NCBI RefSeq assembly: GCF_964204645.1
Contig: NC_134035.1
Coordinates: 558,001-622,000 of the forward strand
Length of the DNA stretch: 64,000 nt
Direction of reading: 5' to 3'
Source of the DNA: Tubulanus polymorphus
Lineage: Eukaryota > Animalia > Nemertea
Part shown: piece after piece, positions 11,901 to 24,540 of the stretch
Layout: every line of letters starts with the position of its first letter
How positions within the stretch are numbered: the stretch's first letter is position 1
Translations under genes and position numbers: made by a program
Notes under the pieces: generated by a model
Databases searched by the model: none
Told to the model about the DNA's origin: nothing
What the model saw: the letters and a program-made list of their open reading frames with translations, nothing else

Positions 11901-14900
11901 TAAAACTGTTACGAGACTTTGAAATGTGACATACCCTCGAATCGGACAATTTCGAGAAGTCCGGTTTCAGATAGTAAAGTATTCCCTGTCCGGCGCCTTG
12001 TAGCGTCACCCCGCGAATCAACAACACAGTTAACATCAGATATGGAAATATAGCCGTGAAATATACGACTTTTCCCAGCGATGCGATACCACGAATTAGT
12101 GCCGCATATACAATTAACCAAGCGAATAGCAGACACAGTAACAGTTTCCAGCTAGGAAGGCCCAGTTCATCCATTCCGCTAGACTGTTCCAACACGTAGT
12201 TACTGCAACGAAATACAATACATTCATTCACAATTGAACATCAAAACAACGAAATCGAAGTCGTTAAATAATATGATGAAAACCAAGTTTATACAGATTT
12301 ACGAGAATCAAGAATCTATTCGAACAAAAATTTAAATGATACGACTTTTCGACATCTCACAAGAGAACATCATCAGGCTGAAAGTCGTTGAATTCGCTAA
12401 AATTGTTAATTCTTATGAACTTTCTTGACAATTTATTCTTCGATCTATTCTGCCAGCAAAATAGATGTCGTACTTTGTACAAATTTTACACGAAATTCAC
12501 TTACTTATAATATTCTTCGCTTGCCGTTCTGGATAAACTATCATTCTTCATCGCAGCTGCTAATGAAAAATTAATAAATATGCAAATATAGCCGCAAGGC
12601 AGCGATATCACAACTGATTCTACGATAACTTGCATCATCTAGATATTTAGCCTTCGAGAAATTAGACAAATTGCGTATCTAGCTTGCAGGATGGTCATTA
12701 TATACACGCCGGAACTTATCTCTGATTTCTCCAAGGTATAACTTACTTAAATTTGTGTGATTAGCATTAGGATGGACGCAGTGTTCGGTGTTCCAATCGT
12801 TACCACAAGTCGTCCACGGTAACACGGACTGCATCGAAGCGAAGAAATAGAAGATGGTGTGCGCGATGATGACGTTATAATACAAGCCTATCAGCCAGGA
12901 TACGATAACCATTCCATAACCTAAACCTAAAACATTGTGAAATAAAGTTTATTCTTATTCTTTTTCTTTTGTCTTTTGGTGTCTTTTTCTTGTTGGTTAC
13001 AAGTGACACATGGAACCTCGCAAAAAAAACAGTCCCTACTGAGGATATTCTATGATTTAATAGTGGTAATTGCCTGGTCTGTAAGAACACCTCGAGTAAA
13101 AAGGTGCCTTAGCTCCCTGTTTCTGATTTACCTTCTTTTATTATTGCTTAATTAGAGAGCGCGTTCACACGTAAATCACTCACTCGATACTAAACAATGA
13201 ACTGAGCCACTTCTAGAACCAGTAGCAATTCATTCGCAATCATTTGATCCGTTCTAAAACTTTGCCGGACCTGGTCCGACGTTTTTGGTCGGGCCAAATA
13301 GGCTCGGACCCATTTTGGCCATTTTGTTCCATGCCAAATCTAGCCCGGGCCACAAATGCTCGTGTGATACCGCGGCTTTGAGGTAAAAGGACCGACAAGT
13401 GATAGGAGTATGTCAAAATAATTTGATATTTTCTAGATGGTGGCCCTGTATCATCGTATTCTGACATATCGATTAGGCGCGCGATAACTCGCATTAATAC
13501 AACTATAACTCCCGTCACATTCATATCGTTTATATATAACATGTAAAATTATTTGGAAGACAGCCAAACATTGGCTTCTTGTCACGGTATAATCCGTCTA
13601 TATACGAGCTTACTGTTAGACGGGTCAGGAAAATCATTAAAACGACGACGACGACGAACGCGACGGGCTTAAGTCTTCATTTAGTCGTTAATAATTAGAT
13701 TTGTGTCGAGTGAGAGAATAATGGGGCTGAACATTGGCAATTCTCCAACGCAACACAACACACACACACACACACCGTCCGGTGTGGATCAGAAACATCG
13801 ACAAATCTGATGACCGCTAACTGAGGTTATGTCTTACTCAAATCAGCAGACATTATTCTCCGAGTTGGATTTCTGTAAACAAAAAACACCCGATTTGATT
13901 CTCACCTTTAAAAAGCGGGTTCAATCTCCAAATAGTAATCGGTCCGAGACTGGCGAACTGACCGAATGCAAGCTCCATGTAAAACAAAGGCAGGCCGACA
14001 AGCGCTAACATGATCACGTACGGGAACAAGAAAGCGCCTGAAATAATGTAGAAAAATAAACCATGAATTTATAATCAGATTTAAGTGAATTTGAGAATTT
14101 TGGAAGAAAAGTCTTACCGCCGCCATTTTTATAGCAGAGATACGGGAAGCGCCAGACATTGCCGAGACCGACGGCGTATCCTACACAGGTAAGGATGAAT
14201 TCCAGCTGACCTCCCCACGTCGCTCGTCCAGGTTCCGCGCTTTCCAAATCATTGATTTCTTCGATCTTTTTGTGACTGGGAATTTCACCCTATACGAAAA
14301 TATACGATAAACATTCTCTAATCATTCATAAAGCGTATTATCAAACTACATCGATCAGTCATTAGAGGATTATGAGTATAGAGAGATATACCTGCAACGA
14401 CACAATCATCCTTACGTATATATACAACATATAAATCATCAGTTAATTCGCCTTCCTGGTTTGGGTTGTAATTTCATACTTTTAGATTCATTTTTTCTTT
14501 TACATAAAACCGTTATTTATGTCTATCCAAACAATTTGCATTCAATACGAAAATCATAATATCAAGTCCTATAATCGTTTCCTGAACGGTTTGACGAACA
14601 GAATATGAAATGCTGATGGTACCAACAAATACTAAATGACGTTTACTACAATAAGTTATTCAATCGTTTATCTAATTCATAATTTGTCCGTAATTATCCT
14701 CCAAATCCGCCGTGATTCCAGAGTCAAATAACTAGAGTTAATCATAGACTATATGAAAGGTTTTTATGTTATATACGGCAAAACCTCAACTAAACCGAGA
14801 ACATGGGACAGGGAGTCCTGTTTATTGTTGATTTGATTTGATTTATTTTCGATAAGTACAGAGAACATACTTAGATAACAATACATGACGATATAGTTAT

Positions 14901-17900
14901 GTAATATAATGAATATAGCCAGAGTAACAATAATTTATGCGAGAAATTGAAAGAGCAGCGAAAAAGGCTTAACATCCCTCTACAAACTCGTATCATCGCC
15001 CTCATACGTTGAGACACCATCAACCTATTGAGGATCCTCCCCTCCTTGGACGATGTGACCTCTTCAAAAGCATTCAGGAACCTGATCTTCTCAGAACACC
15101 TGAAGAATACTCACATAGCTGGAAATTCCTCGTGTATTTTCCAAAGAAAGTTGCGACGCGTTTACGAAACTGCTATCTGTCGTTTTAACTGAGACGGTCA
15201 TTTCCGATTGAAATCAAAATCATCGAAACAAACCGACTAACTATAAAACCACGCGTAAAGAGTGTTTGTACTTTTACCTCGCCGATTTGTATTCACTGTG
15301 CACATTATCAAGTAAGCGTTGATATATAGTGACAAGAATTTTTTAAATTCGGGCTTGTAAGAGCAGGTTTTGTGGGACATTCGAAGCAATTGACAAAAGA
15401 CGAGAGTCCTAGTAAAATATGGTGATTTATTAGTGACGCTGTTCTGCGTAACCCGTGCCATTAAAGTGAGTGGCGTTAAGGATATTGGAGAATATAGAAA
15501 ATTCTTGATATTTTCGTAATCATAATAACGTATTTTACTAATTCATATCGATGATTGAAGATGTGCCCTATTGACGCTATATCGATGCATTATAAGACCA
15601 CCCCTAGACACATTCTAAACAGGTAGATTTCTGCGTAGCCACCTGTTCAATGCAGTCGATAATATACATAATTTATAAAGACTTTAAAACTAAGCATTTC
15701 GATAAATACATTGACGAAAGCAATTTTGTGCAAACGTTTCTTAAAAAAAAAAACTTACATCCCAGAAATATCCAAAATCATTACAAGGAAAATCCGGCTC
15801 TATCGTCATCCATTTGTCATCGTCGTCTTCGTTATCGGTCCAAACAGACGGATCAGCCACCCAGTCGAGATCATTCGCGTCCTCTTCATCATCATCGTCT
15901 CTCTCATCGACGAGATGGGCTTCCTCTTGCTGATGCGCGCCCGTCTCTTCCAGAGACTCCTGGTCGCTTTTATCCGTGTCGCCCAATCGGTCGAGCGGTA
16001 TATAATTCGGGTTGACGACGAGTCTATTCAGACTCAATCGTCTGTGCATTTGGTGATCCATATAGGCTTCAATTCGCGGTGTTTTCCTTTTACGGATTGA
16101 GAGTAGAATTACATCTTTTAATCTCACTATCCCCTATAGACGTGCTATCCACCGTACCATATACGCGGTGATGGAAGGTAAGGTATTTTCTGTACTAACT
16201 GAGTCTAAAGCTCTCCCGCTGCAAGTGCTTCTGCTGCTGCTGCTGCTGCTGCTAGTGCTGCTGGTGATGGTCACACACACTCAAAACTGTTTAATCCTCA
16301 CCAGAAAAAAATCCGTTTTTATCATAAACGCATTTAATTCGTTAGCGACTGAACCAGTTTAATACACAATGCTCATGACTACGCGTTGAATATCCCTATC
16401 TAGTATCCGGTGTGTTATACGACGATGGCTTCCTCGAGCATCGCTGTCTGGGAAGCAAATGACGCTGCATCCTCTCCACCGCTGGTAGAGCTGCATCCCT
16501 CGCCATCAGTCGATCGATCCGACTCGGATTAGATCGATATTCCGCCTGTCAGATACGTATGACTGTCCGCTATCCTCTCACCATGTCGTCGTGTATAGAA
16601 TACTGACACCGGAGGATCGAATCTTCAAAATTAATCCATTAGATCACCGAACAGCACCGGCATTGAATCGGAAGTCTATAGGAAACCCTATCCCGGGGGA
16701 GGTGATTGTACCCGACTGTATGGGAGAGAAGTGGTGCTAGTGCTGTGATCGTGAGTAGAAACAGAAAAAAGAAATCGTAGTCTTTGTCGTCAGCAAACGT
16801 CGTGCAAGTTTTCTGTCGTGGTATCAGAAAAAAGACACGACGACGTCACAATATTCCAGCGGCCGTGTATAAATAGGAATATACGCGCATCATAAACAAC
16901 TTATAATTAAATATCCATCTCCGACGTTGTTTCTATAAATAAACCGCAGCACGAGACGAAAAAAGAATGATTTCATTTTGCGCAACGTTGTCGGAACAAC
17001 TCCAACAACGTTCAACACGTAGTAATAGGTAGCGGGGACCAGCTCGGTTCAGTTTGACTCCCGAGTTAGAATTGGTTTTCAATATCTTTTAATCTTGAAA
17101 TAGAGAATTAAACCGTTAAGTGTGATCGGCCGCATTTACATTTTTTTCATTTCAAAACGAAGTTATATTGGCAATTTCGGTTCCGGTTAGTGTCAGCTCG
17201 GAGTTGAATTTTTAACCGCTGCGGAACTGGGTTCTCTCGATAAGTAAATAACATTTCAATCCCTCAACCACTCCACTGACGGTTTCCCTCAAACAACTGG
17301 CCCCACTCGTGATATTATAAACACGTTCTGAGTTTGTTTTTCCTTGAGCCATGAGTTTTATTGCGACAATTCAAATTACAAACGGGGGATTACGATAATG
17401 TCCTCCGAATCTATTGATTACACACGACAACTCTTCATATTCTCATATCGTCCTCGGGACGAGGGAGGGAGCGGGGAGGAGGGGGTGGTAGCGGTAGCCC
17501 GTCCCCCGGCCGTTTTCATCGACCCGATCTCACGTGTCTAGTACGTAATTTGCGACGTGTTCCCGCAAATTTCTACCGATATTTTCTAAAACGAGGTAAA
17601 ACGGGTTTTCATTTTATAGGCGACAGTTCACAATCGGTCCACGTCGTGTTAAGTCGTCGCCCATTGTGCGAATGTACTTAAATGGCCGTCGTCTGACCCC
17701 ACCGGCTAGGCGTGTTATTATTAATAGCTTAGAGGAGTCGATGGTGGTGGTATACATCGCGCGCATATGCGGGAGAGATCGCAGATGTTTCTCTAAGCTC
17801 TATATCTAGTAGTGCATCATCTCTCGACGTGCGCGTATATTCGGTTTATGATATGTTTCGCTATAAACACAAGCTGCTCGAAAGAAAGTTGGTGGTTTCA

Positions 17901-18267
17901 AACTAAAACGCGTAGATTTACGACGAGTTTTTACCCGACATTGTTTAGAACGGTTAATACATTACTATGACGTCGATTCCGATCGTCGCAACTCACGTCA
18001 ATAGAACTGATCAATAATCAGTAAGACAAATAAAAGTATCGAAGTACGTAACGAAAATATAATTCATGTCACATTCAATTAATTAGAGGCGAAATGAATG
18101 GCCGCAATCGCACGTGGTGGTTCAGGTAATGATATACTCACGTATAAATCTTCTAATTCCTTCAATTTATCCTTATTCGGTTTTTCCTCGTCGACCAGCG
18201 GGTCGAACGCTTCGTCGCTCGATTCTGATTTTTGATCCACGTCCACAACTGCGGACATCGTATTCAT
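8983..18267 (-). CDS. SLC6 Na+/Cl--dependent amino acid transporter (GlyT/PROT-like clade)
   Basis: Shared exons 14289-14118, 14037-13906, 12926-12747, 12559-12505, 12202-11935, 11619-11516, 11430-11306, 11179-11067, 10970-10830, 10581-10381, 10071-9910, 9360-8983 (2031 nt, in frame). Signature motifs W-x-G-x-x-EF, [24 protein letters not shown] and [13 protein letters not shown]-terminal ETRV fits a PDZ class I ligand. Distal first exon 18267-18142. Confidence 0.93.
10161..10193 (+). ncRNA. Minimal type-I hammerhead-like motif (Penelope-type remnant)
   Basis: ACAC-CTGACGA-tagagaagtc-GAAAC-GTC-GTGT: conserved core, stem I ACAC/GTGT, palindromic ACGT stem III. Stem II is weak. Confidence 0.5.
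12339..12380 (-). ncRNA. Degenerate hammerhead-like core
   Basis: Minus strand CTGATGA-tgttctc-ttgt-gagatgtc-GAAA-AG-TC. Stem I pairs poorly. Confidence 0.3.
13157..13378. mobile_element. MITE-like element, same family as 54954-55137
   Basis: Imperfect TIR AGCGCGTTCACACG / CGTGTGATACCGCGGCT. Internal GGGCCAAATAGGC...CCCATTTTGGC resembles the 55 kb copy. Confidence 0.5.
15115..15201 (-). CDS. Alternative first coding exon C of the SLC6 gene (29 aa)
   Basis: AAATG...[29 protein letters not shown]|GTGAGT, a phase-0 strong donor. Not in the ORF track. Confidence 0.55.
15759..16061 (-). CDS. Alternative first coding exon B of the SLC6 gene (101 aa, highly acidic)
   Basis: ATG at 16061 ([11 protein letters not shown]...NDFGYFWD) ends at a phase-0 GTAAGT donor compatible with the phase-0 acceptor at 14289. 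Confidence 0.75.
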
Positions 18268-18375
18268 TTGTAGCGGGGAGACGGTAATTTTTTGGGAAGT
18301 TGATGTCACGTTGTCCGCTATGTGTGTCGCGTATACGGTTTACTATAGTGATTAGTGTAAACATACGGACACCGA

Positions 18376-18445
18376 CCACGTGGGCGCGCGTCAGCTTGCC
18401 CTGATTGGCTGGGAAGATGGCGGGTTCGCATTATGCGTCATCATT
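18376..18445. promoter_or_regulatory. CpG-rich promoter upstream of the distal SLC6 first exon
   Basis: E-box CACGTG, inverted CCAAT (CTGATTGGCT), YY1-like AAGATGGCGG and TGCGTCA clustered 110-180 bp upstream of ATG 18267. Confidence 0.55.
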
Positions 18446-19014
18446 TCTCACGAGAAAAGTCGATTAATCAATGAAACGATGCGTGGATATTGATGGTAGG
18501 TAAATACGATTCCAAAATAGACCGCGGCGTGCGCGCTTTTCGTTGTAAACAAAAATATCGGCGGCACGGTTTCAGATCAGACGGGTAAGCGAGAAAAAAG
18601 AAAACAATCCAAAGCCATCACCGGGTAAAACAACGGCTGAGACTGCGCGTGGAGTTAAAATGTCACAGAAATAGAAGCAGAACAAAATGAAAGGAAATTC
18701 AATCATTTCTTTATGGACGATGAAAATAAAGCTATTAGTTGATATGAATACAACCTACGTCATATCTGAACAATCCATTATAAACTGATTTATTATTAGA
18801 ACTGTACACGTTCCGGCGACAGTTGCTACTCACATCGATGTAGAGTGTAGGTGATGTGACTGGAGGTGGGTTCAGCTGCAGTGAGACGGGGGAAAACTGA
18901 GAGTATGGCCGATATACAATACGATATTCTTTATTTTCTATACTTTTATCTACGTGCAATAATTTTGGCCAACCCAACTAGTGAATCTGCGCGGGAATGA
19001 CCGAGACTTGCCCG

Positions 19015-19116
19015 GACGGACGCTTGCCCGGCCCGGGTTCCGCGAGACGGACGCTTGCCCTGCCCGGGTTCCGCGAGACGGACGCTTGCCCTGCCCCGGT
19101 TCCGCGAGACGGACGC
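19015..19116. repeat. GC-rich 31-bp tandem repeat, ~3.3 copies
   Basis: Unit GACGGACGCTTGCCC(G/T)GCCCGGGTTCCGCGA at 19015, 19046, 19077, and partial at 19108. Confidence 0.9.
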
Positions 19117-19762
19117 GGGATGGAATGAGACAAGATACGGAACTCAGACCTATTCCAAAATCCTATTACCATAGTTAGAATATCGGCAATTTGAGAGCAA
19201 TTTAAGTTCAAACTCATATTAAAACGCGTCATTCTGGGAATCGCATATCCTGCTAGAGCCAGCATCTTCGCTGCAAGTTTACGGGCTTTTCACCCCACAC
19301 ACCCAACTGAACACCTTTAGAAAGGAGGTGTATCCAGAAAGGAGGTGTATCCGAGTACACCAAGTTTGTTTCTCTCCTTTCTTTATGGGGTGTCTATTTT
19401 AGGTAGGGCCGTCTCGCACTTCACCATCTTTACTCATACTAAACTAACAGAGAGAAATAAGGCCGGTTTACTACTCTCTGTCACCGGTTCACCTATAACC
19501 TATACATTATCAGAGCGGAGTTTGATTGAACGGTATCGATTATTCAATAGAATATCGATCTAAGAGACGTGATCGTAATCGCATCACTTCACCGACGGCA
19601 GCGCTTCAGTCATTGAGATTTAATTACGTCGTCAGCGGTTTTTGCATCAAATCCGGCTTGATTTGTTTTCACTCACGCGACACAGTTTGCGACACAGTTT
19701 GCGTCACCAGTAATCTATGAAATTGTGATAATAAGATTACATTTCCATAACAGTGGAATAGG

Positions 19763-20108
19763 TACACCGCCATCAGGGAGGGTACGAGTTGATACACCGC
19801 CATCAGGGAGGGTACGAGTTGATACACCGCCATCAGGGAGGGTACGAGTTGATACACCGCCATCAGGGAGGGTACGAGTTGATACACCGCCATCAGGGAG
19901 GGTACGAGTTGATACACCGCCATCAGGGAGGGTACGAGTTGATACACCGCCATCAGGGAGGGTACGAGTTGATACACCGCCATCAGGGAGGGTACGAGTT
20001 GATACACCGCCATCAGGGAGGGTACGAGTTGATACACCGCCATCAGGGAGGGTACGAGTTGATACACCGCCATCAGGGAGGGTACGAGTTGATACACCGC
20101 CATCAGGG
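19763..20108. repeat. Perfect 30-bp minisatellite, ~11.5 copies
   Basis: Unit TACACCGCCATCAGGGAGGGTACGAGTTGA repeated head-to-tail with no spacers. Confidence 0.97.
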
Positions 20109-20815
20109 CATGCCATGAGGGCATGAGGTGGAATAATATTCTTTATCAGTCAGCCAATATCAATTATAGGAACAATCATTCAATGATGTCAAACTACTAG
20201 AGTTCACACATCAACCTTCATCTTCGAAATAATTTTTACGACACCTTCTTATTTCTAAGAGAAGAGCGAAGATGTCTGAAATACACGCGTCTGGTTGAGA
20301 AGATGTTATATCATGAACGACGCAAGTGCAGAAAACCGAAACAAACATGTGAAACCCAAACAAACTCGCCTAAACAATAAATGTTACTGTAACATCTATT
20401 TATATATAAATCTTTTATGCCAAACAAGAGTTGACTGTACTCGTCTTTTAGACTAAGTTCAGTTGCGTCCTTAGCAAACATATTTTTCATAGATAGCGTT
20501 GCTAACTATAACAGGGTTCCAGTCCTGCTGGCTCCTTACGGAGTGCCCGCGACACTTCAAAGGTCGTAAAAAAACAAACTAATTGTTGGATTTTGGATTT
20601 GAGAACAACGAATTGTCTTAAACATATGTCATTCTCACGCTGCGCTAGGCGGGTTTCGATGGTATATTCCGATAGATGGCGCATGTGTGCCCGAACTCGC
20701 TACATGTCGAATCATTCGTTCAACGATCCGTAAATAAAGGCTTGCTACACGTGTAAACCTACAACCTGTTTATATGAAGATCCTGTATTTTAACATTCTT
20801 AATGTAGGCTAATAA

Positions 20816-23800
20816 TTACATATTAGTGGTATGAGAGTTCAATGTTTGTAACTCAGATTCCTCATTATCTGTTTTCACTACGAGAGATGATGATGATGAT
20901 GGTTTGCGACACGACGCGCAGCAGTTGATCTCAACTGGAGGCAGTTCATCTGGTAAAGGTTTCTTGTTCGTCTCGGGGATGAACAGCCCGATTAGAATCA
21001 TAGATATAACACCGAGACCGGCGTACACTGCGAATGGAAGTGTCATGTGGATCGTCTCCTAGGAAAACAAGCATATACCGTATATTAATATTTACCAAGT
21101 TTCACATACTTGGATCAAAATGACGCAGAAGCCCCCCATCCATTTGAATTATTGATGACATACCAGTGACGCTATCTGGGGAGCAAATATGGAACCAATG
21201 CGAGCGGCCAAATTACCGGATCCGATGGCTACATTCCTACAAATATCAATTGAATGACATTATTGTTGTACTGGCCCTAAAAAATCGTGCTTCCACAGGG
21301 GCTCGTATTAGAAGTTTGGGGGTGAATTGTAGCCTAGATCATTCAGTATCCCTGGTACTATATGTATTAAAAAGAATATAGTACTAGGGATACTGGATGA
21401 TCTAAGCTACAGTTGACCCCCAAACTTCAAATACGAGCCCCTGTGCGTGCTCAAGGATACGGTCCATGACCCTGAGAATCTCCATTGATGCCGAGCAGAA
21501 TTCTGAGTAAACAAAATCCACTCATTCATTGGGAATCGAACAATGCTAGTGCAGCATGGATTGTCTGAGGCCTGAAGATTGATACCTGTTGGATTGATTG
21601 GGTTTTCTCCATCCTACCCCCGCAGGGATTCAAACTTGATGGCATCGAGACTAGCCACGGCATGAAACCCTGGCCGCAGATGAGTTTTCTCGAGTTGAGA
21701 ATGGCTGAAAAGCCCGGACACACACACACACGCCCCCGCTCCCTGGATGTGGTTTGGTAGAGATTTCTGAAGCAAGCGTTTCGTAAAAGTTTCCGTGATT
21801 CAAGTCAACGAACCTGATCAGTGTTGGATACAATTCACTAGAGAGCATCAACACAGAACTCCAGGCGTAATTACTGATCGAATCAATGACAGCAGCGATG
21901 TAGGACACGGGAAGACGATTCGTCGCTGAGACGCCGCTTAAATCTAAACTTATTATGACTATAAACAAAATCACCATCACAATCCAAGTACCAATAAAAG
22001 TTTTTTTCCTACCGCACCTACCGGAAAAAAAAGAAGTTAAGGGCAATTAAGATTACAAGACGAGTCATTTTGAAGGCTTCATAATGATAATAGTAATAAC
22101 AATTATAATAATTTCATTTTCATTTAACTTATTAACATAGACAGTGATAACGGAGTAAAAATGAAACAGTTAAATAAAGGTAACAGTTAGAGCCTGTACA
22201 GGTCACTAAGTAGGGGTCCAAGGATACCCGCTTGGAAAGTGGTTCCAGTTGGGCTAAAGATTATATATTACCAGTTCAGTACAAAAACCACACCCCATCG
22301 CGTGGCTATGGTCAAAATCTTAGAAATGGCGAAATTGATGTAGACACTTCCGGCTAATGTTGACATCTGTGATGCGATACCATAAGCCAAGAAAGATAGG
22401 GCTGTCCTGCAATGAGATATTCACAAAATGTGACAGAACGTATAACAAACAAATGTTTGAGACTGTAGAGTTTGATGTGAAGAATTGATTACCATGAAAA
22501 CTGAACAATCAAAGACGTTTTAATTAATTTCCTCGTCGAAAACAGATGTAAAACGTTGTAATTATATCTCTTATCATCAGCAGGAACTATTCGTTTAACC
22601 ATTTCAATATCCGGTTTCGGTTTCCTGTTCCATCGCGCAATTTTACATAGGTTTGTATAAGCTTCATCTATTCGACCTTTTTGTACTAACCAACGAGGAC
22701 TTTCTGGAATCAGCCTAAAATTACGAGGGATGAAAATCTATGAATCAGAGCCAATTGTTTACAGATTATAGGGTGCCCAGTGTGACAAAGTGATTGAAAT
22801 TTTGGGGGAAATGTATTATTGGTCAATCATGCCATAGGCTCTAAGTGATACCACATAATGGGCAATTTACCGGAGGTAGAATACCTATTTAAGAACGGTG
22901 TTGAATGTTTTTACTTACAGTATGAATATAGGATAGACCGGTGCGCTAAACAGACCGATTGCTAGGGCGCAATTTTTCCAATCAGTCAACAGAAAGGCGA
23001 ATAAATCAGCGATTAGTTCACCACATTGAAAACCGATTCTACAACTGGCCACAGATCTCCAAAACGGGCCGAAATATTCGACAGTAAAACACGTCGTCAC
23101 TGTTATTTGCAGACCTGAAATAAGATGGGGATATACTTGTTAGAATACCATTAACTACTGATGTCACAGCGAAGCCTCCGCTCAAGTCAGATCTTTTCAA
23201 ACCGTGGCTTAGAATTTGTATCTTATGCTGATTTATGGATGACTATTTACCTACACAAACACAACTAAGAAACCGAATAACCATAAACATCGGGAAATTT
23301 ATCGTGAATTTCTGACAAACACAAGTCAGCATTAGTAATGGCCAGATGATAGCTAACGTTCTCTTGCGGCCGAATAGGTCTGAGAATTGACAGCCAGCAG
23401 CACCGATGAGTACACCAACAAAAGCGACACTTTGCGCCATCTTAACGGCGTAAGTTTCTTCACAAACAAGAGCAAACTAGAAATATAAAATCAGAAACGT
23501 TTTTCCATCTCTACCGAGAATATAAAAAACAAGCTACATGTATTTGGAAAAGGGTGCGACATCTCTGAATTGCAACGCGAGCCAGGCAGATTGACAGAAA
23601 AGATTTAGATGGATTTGTAGAGTATTTTCATGACACATTTAACATAAAAGAAAGTTTGATCGGCAGACGACAGGAAGGAGAGCTAGAAGAGGGCGCTGGA
23701 ACTCGTGAGTTTACCTGCGATACAACTGTTATTCGTGGCCCGATGAATTCATATCCAGCACAAGGTTGTCCGTTCGCTTGACACTGCGGCGCTGATGTGG

Positions 23801-24059
23801 TCTCGTTTGTCGAGGTCGGAAGATCGTCGCCTGTGCCGTTATTCAGTAGAGATGTGATATTCGAAGTTGGACAAACAAAACCCGGATTTATCGAATCAAA
23901 TACGAATATCATCATCACAGCAGCAGCCGCGGCTTCCATGAACAAAAAGAAAATATAGACGAGCAACTGGAATCGTCCTGTATCACCAACTATTCGTAAC
24001 ACATCTTCGAAATTTGCTCCTTTCTTCGTTTCATCAGTATCGTCGTGGTCGTACTCCAT
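20816..24059 (-). CDS. SLC22-like organic cation/anion transporter (MFS), copy A, 8 exons, ~547 aa
   Basis: Exons 24059-23715, 23476-23251, 23114-22919, 22714-22493, 22406-22272, 22017-21814, 21236-21164, 21058-20816 (1644 nt, in frame). Motifs FEDVL..VG..GRFQ, TVVSQFALVC, SDLFGRK, PESPRWL, SELYPTLIR, PET...PLP. Confidence 0.92.
21294..21445. mobile_element. Near-perfect foldback MITE in SLC22 copy A intron 6
   Basis: ~67-bp arms CACAGGGGCTCGTATT...GTACTA / TAGTAC...AATACGAGCCCCTGTG with an ~18-bp spacer. Confidence 0.85.
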
Positions 24060-24386
24060 TATTGCATCTAACGTGAAATATGATTAAAACTGTCAGTAAA
24101 TATGTGATTCAGATTTCAATCGTAAATGCATTTTTGTCAAAATGACAGATGCACAGACGACCCGATTTCACGAACGAGGATTAAGCCCTCGGGGTTTATC
24201 GACTAATTTGAATTAGAATTTTGAGGTTAATTTCATAGGATTCGAGCGTTAAATCCCGAGTTCCACCATTCTGTGGCAACGAAAATATTTTCGACTACAT
24301 TTTTTCATCACCAATTGGCTGATACAGTCCAGTGACTTTTTATTCAAGATATGAGAAAAATTTACTGAACAAAACTTACAAACGAT

Positions 24387-24540
24387 CAAAATTTACTAAT
24401 GAGCAAAATTTACCAATGAGCAAAACTTAATGATGGGCAAAATTTGCTAATGGGCAAAATTTGCTAATGGGCTAAACTTACTAATGAGCAAAATTTACCA
24501 ATGAGCGAAATTTACTAATGAGCGAAATTTACTAATGAGC
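24387..24540. repeat. 17-bp degenerate tandem repeat, ~9 copies
   Basis: Consensus AAAATTTACTAATGAGC. Confidence 0.85.

Noticed and set aside
19319-19365. 7SK-like 5' end (GGAGGTGTATCC)
   Set aside because: It is a short direct duplication in a repeat-rich stretch, with no matching 3' complement plus T-terminator or upstream TATA.
19763-20108. 30-bp repeat array as a CRISPR array or repeat-protein ORFs
   Set aside because: Units are contiguous with no spacers, there are no cas genes, and the context is eukaryotic. The ORFs in several frames arise because the unit length is a multiple of 3.
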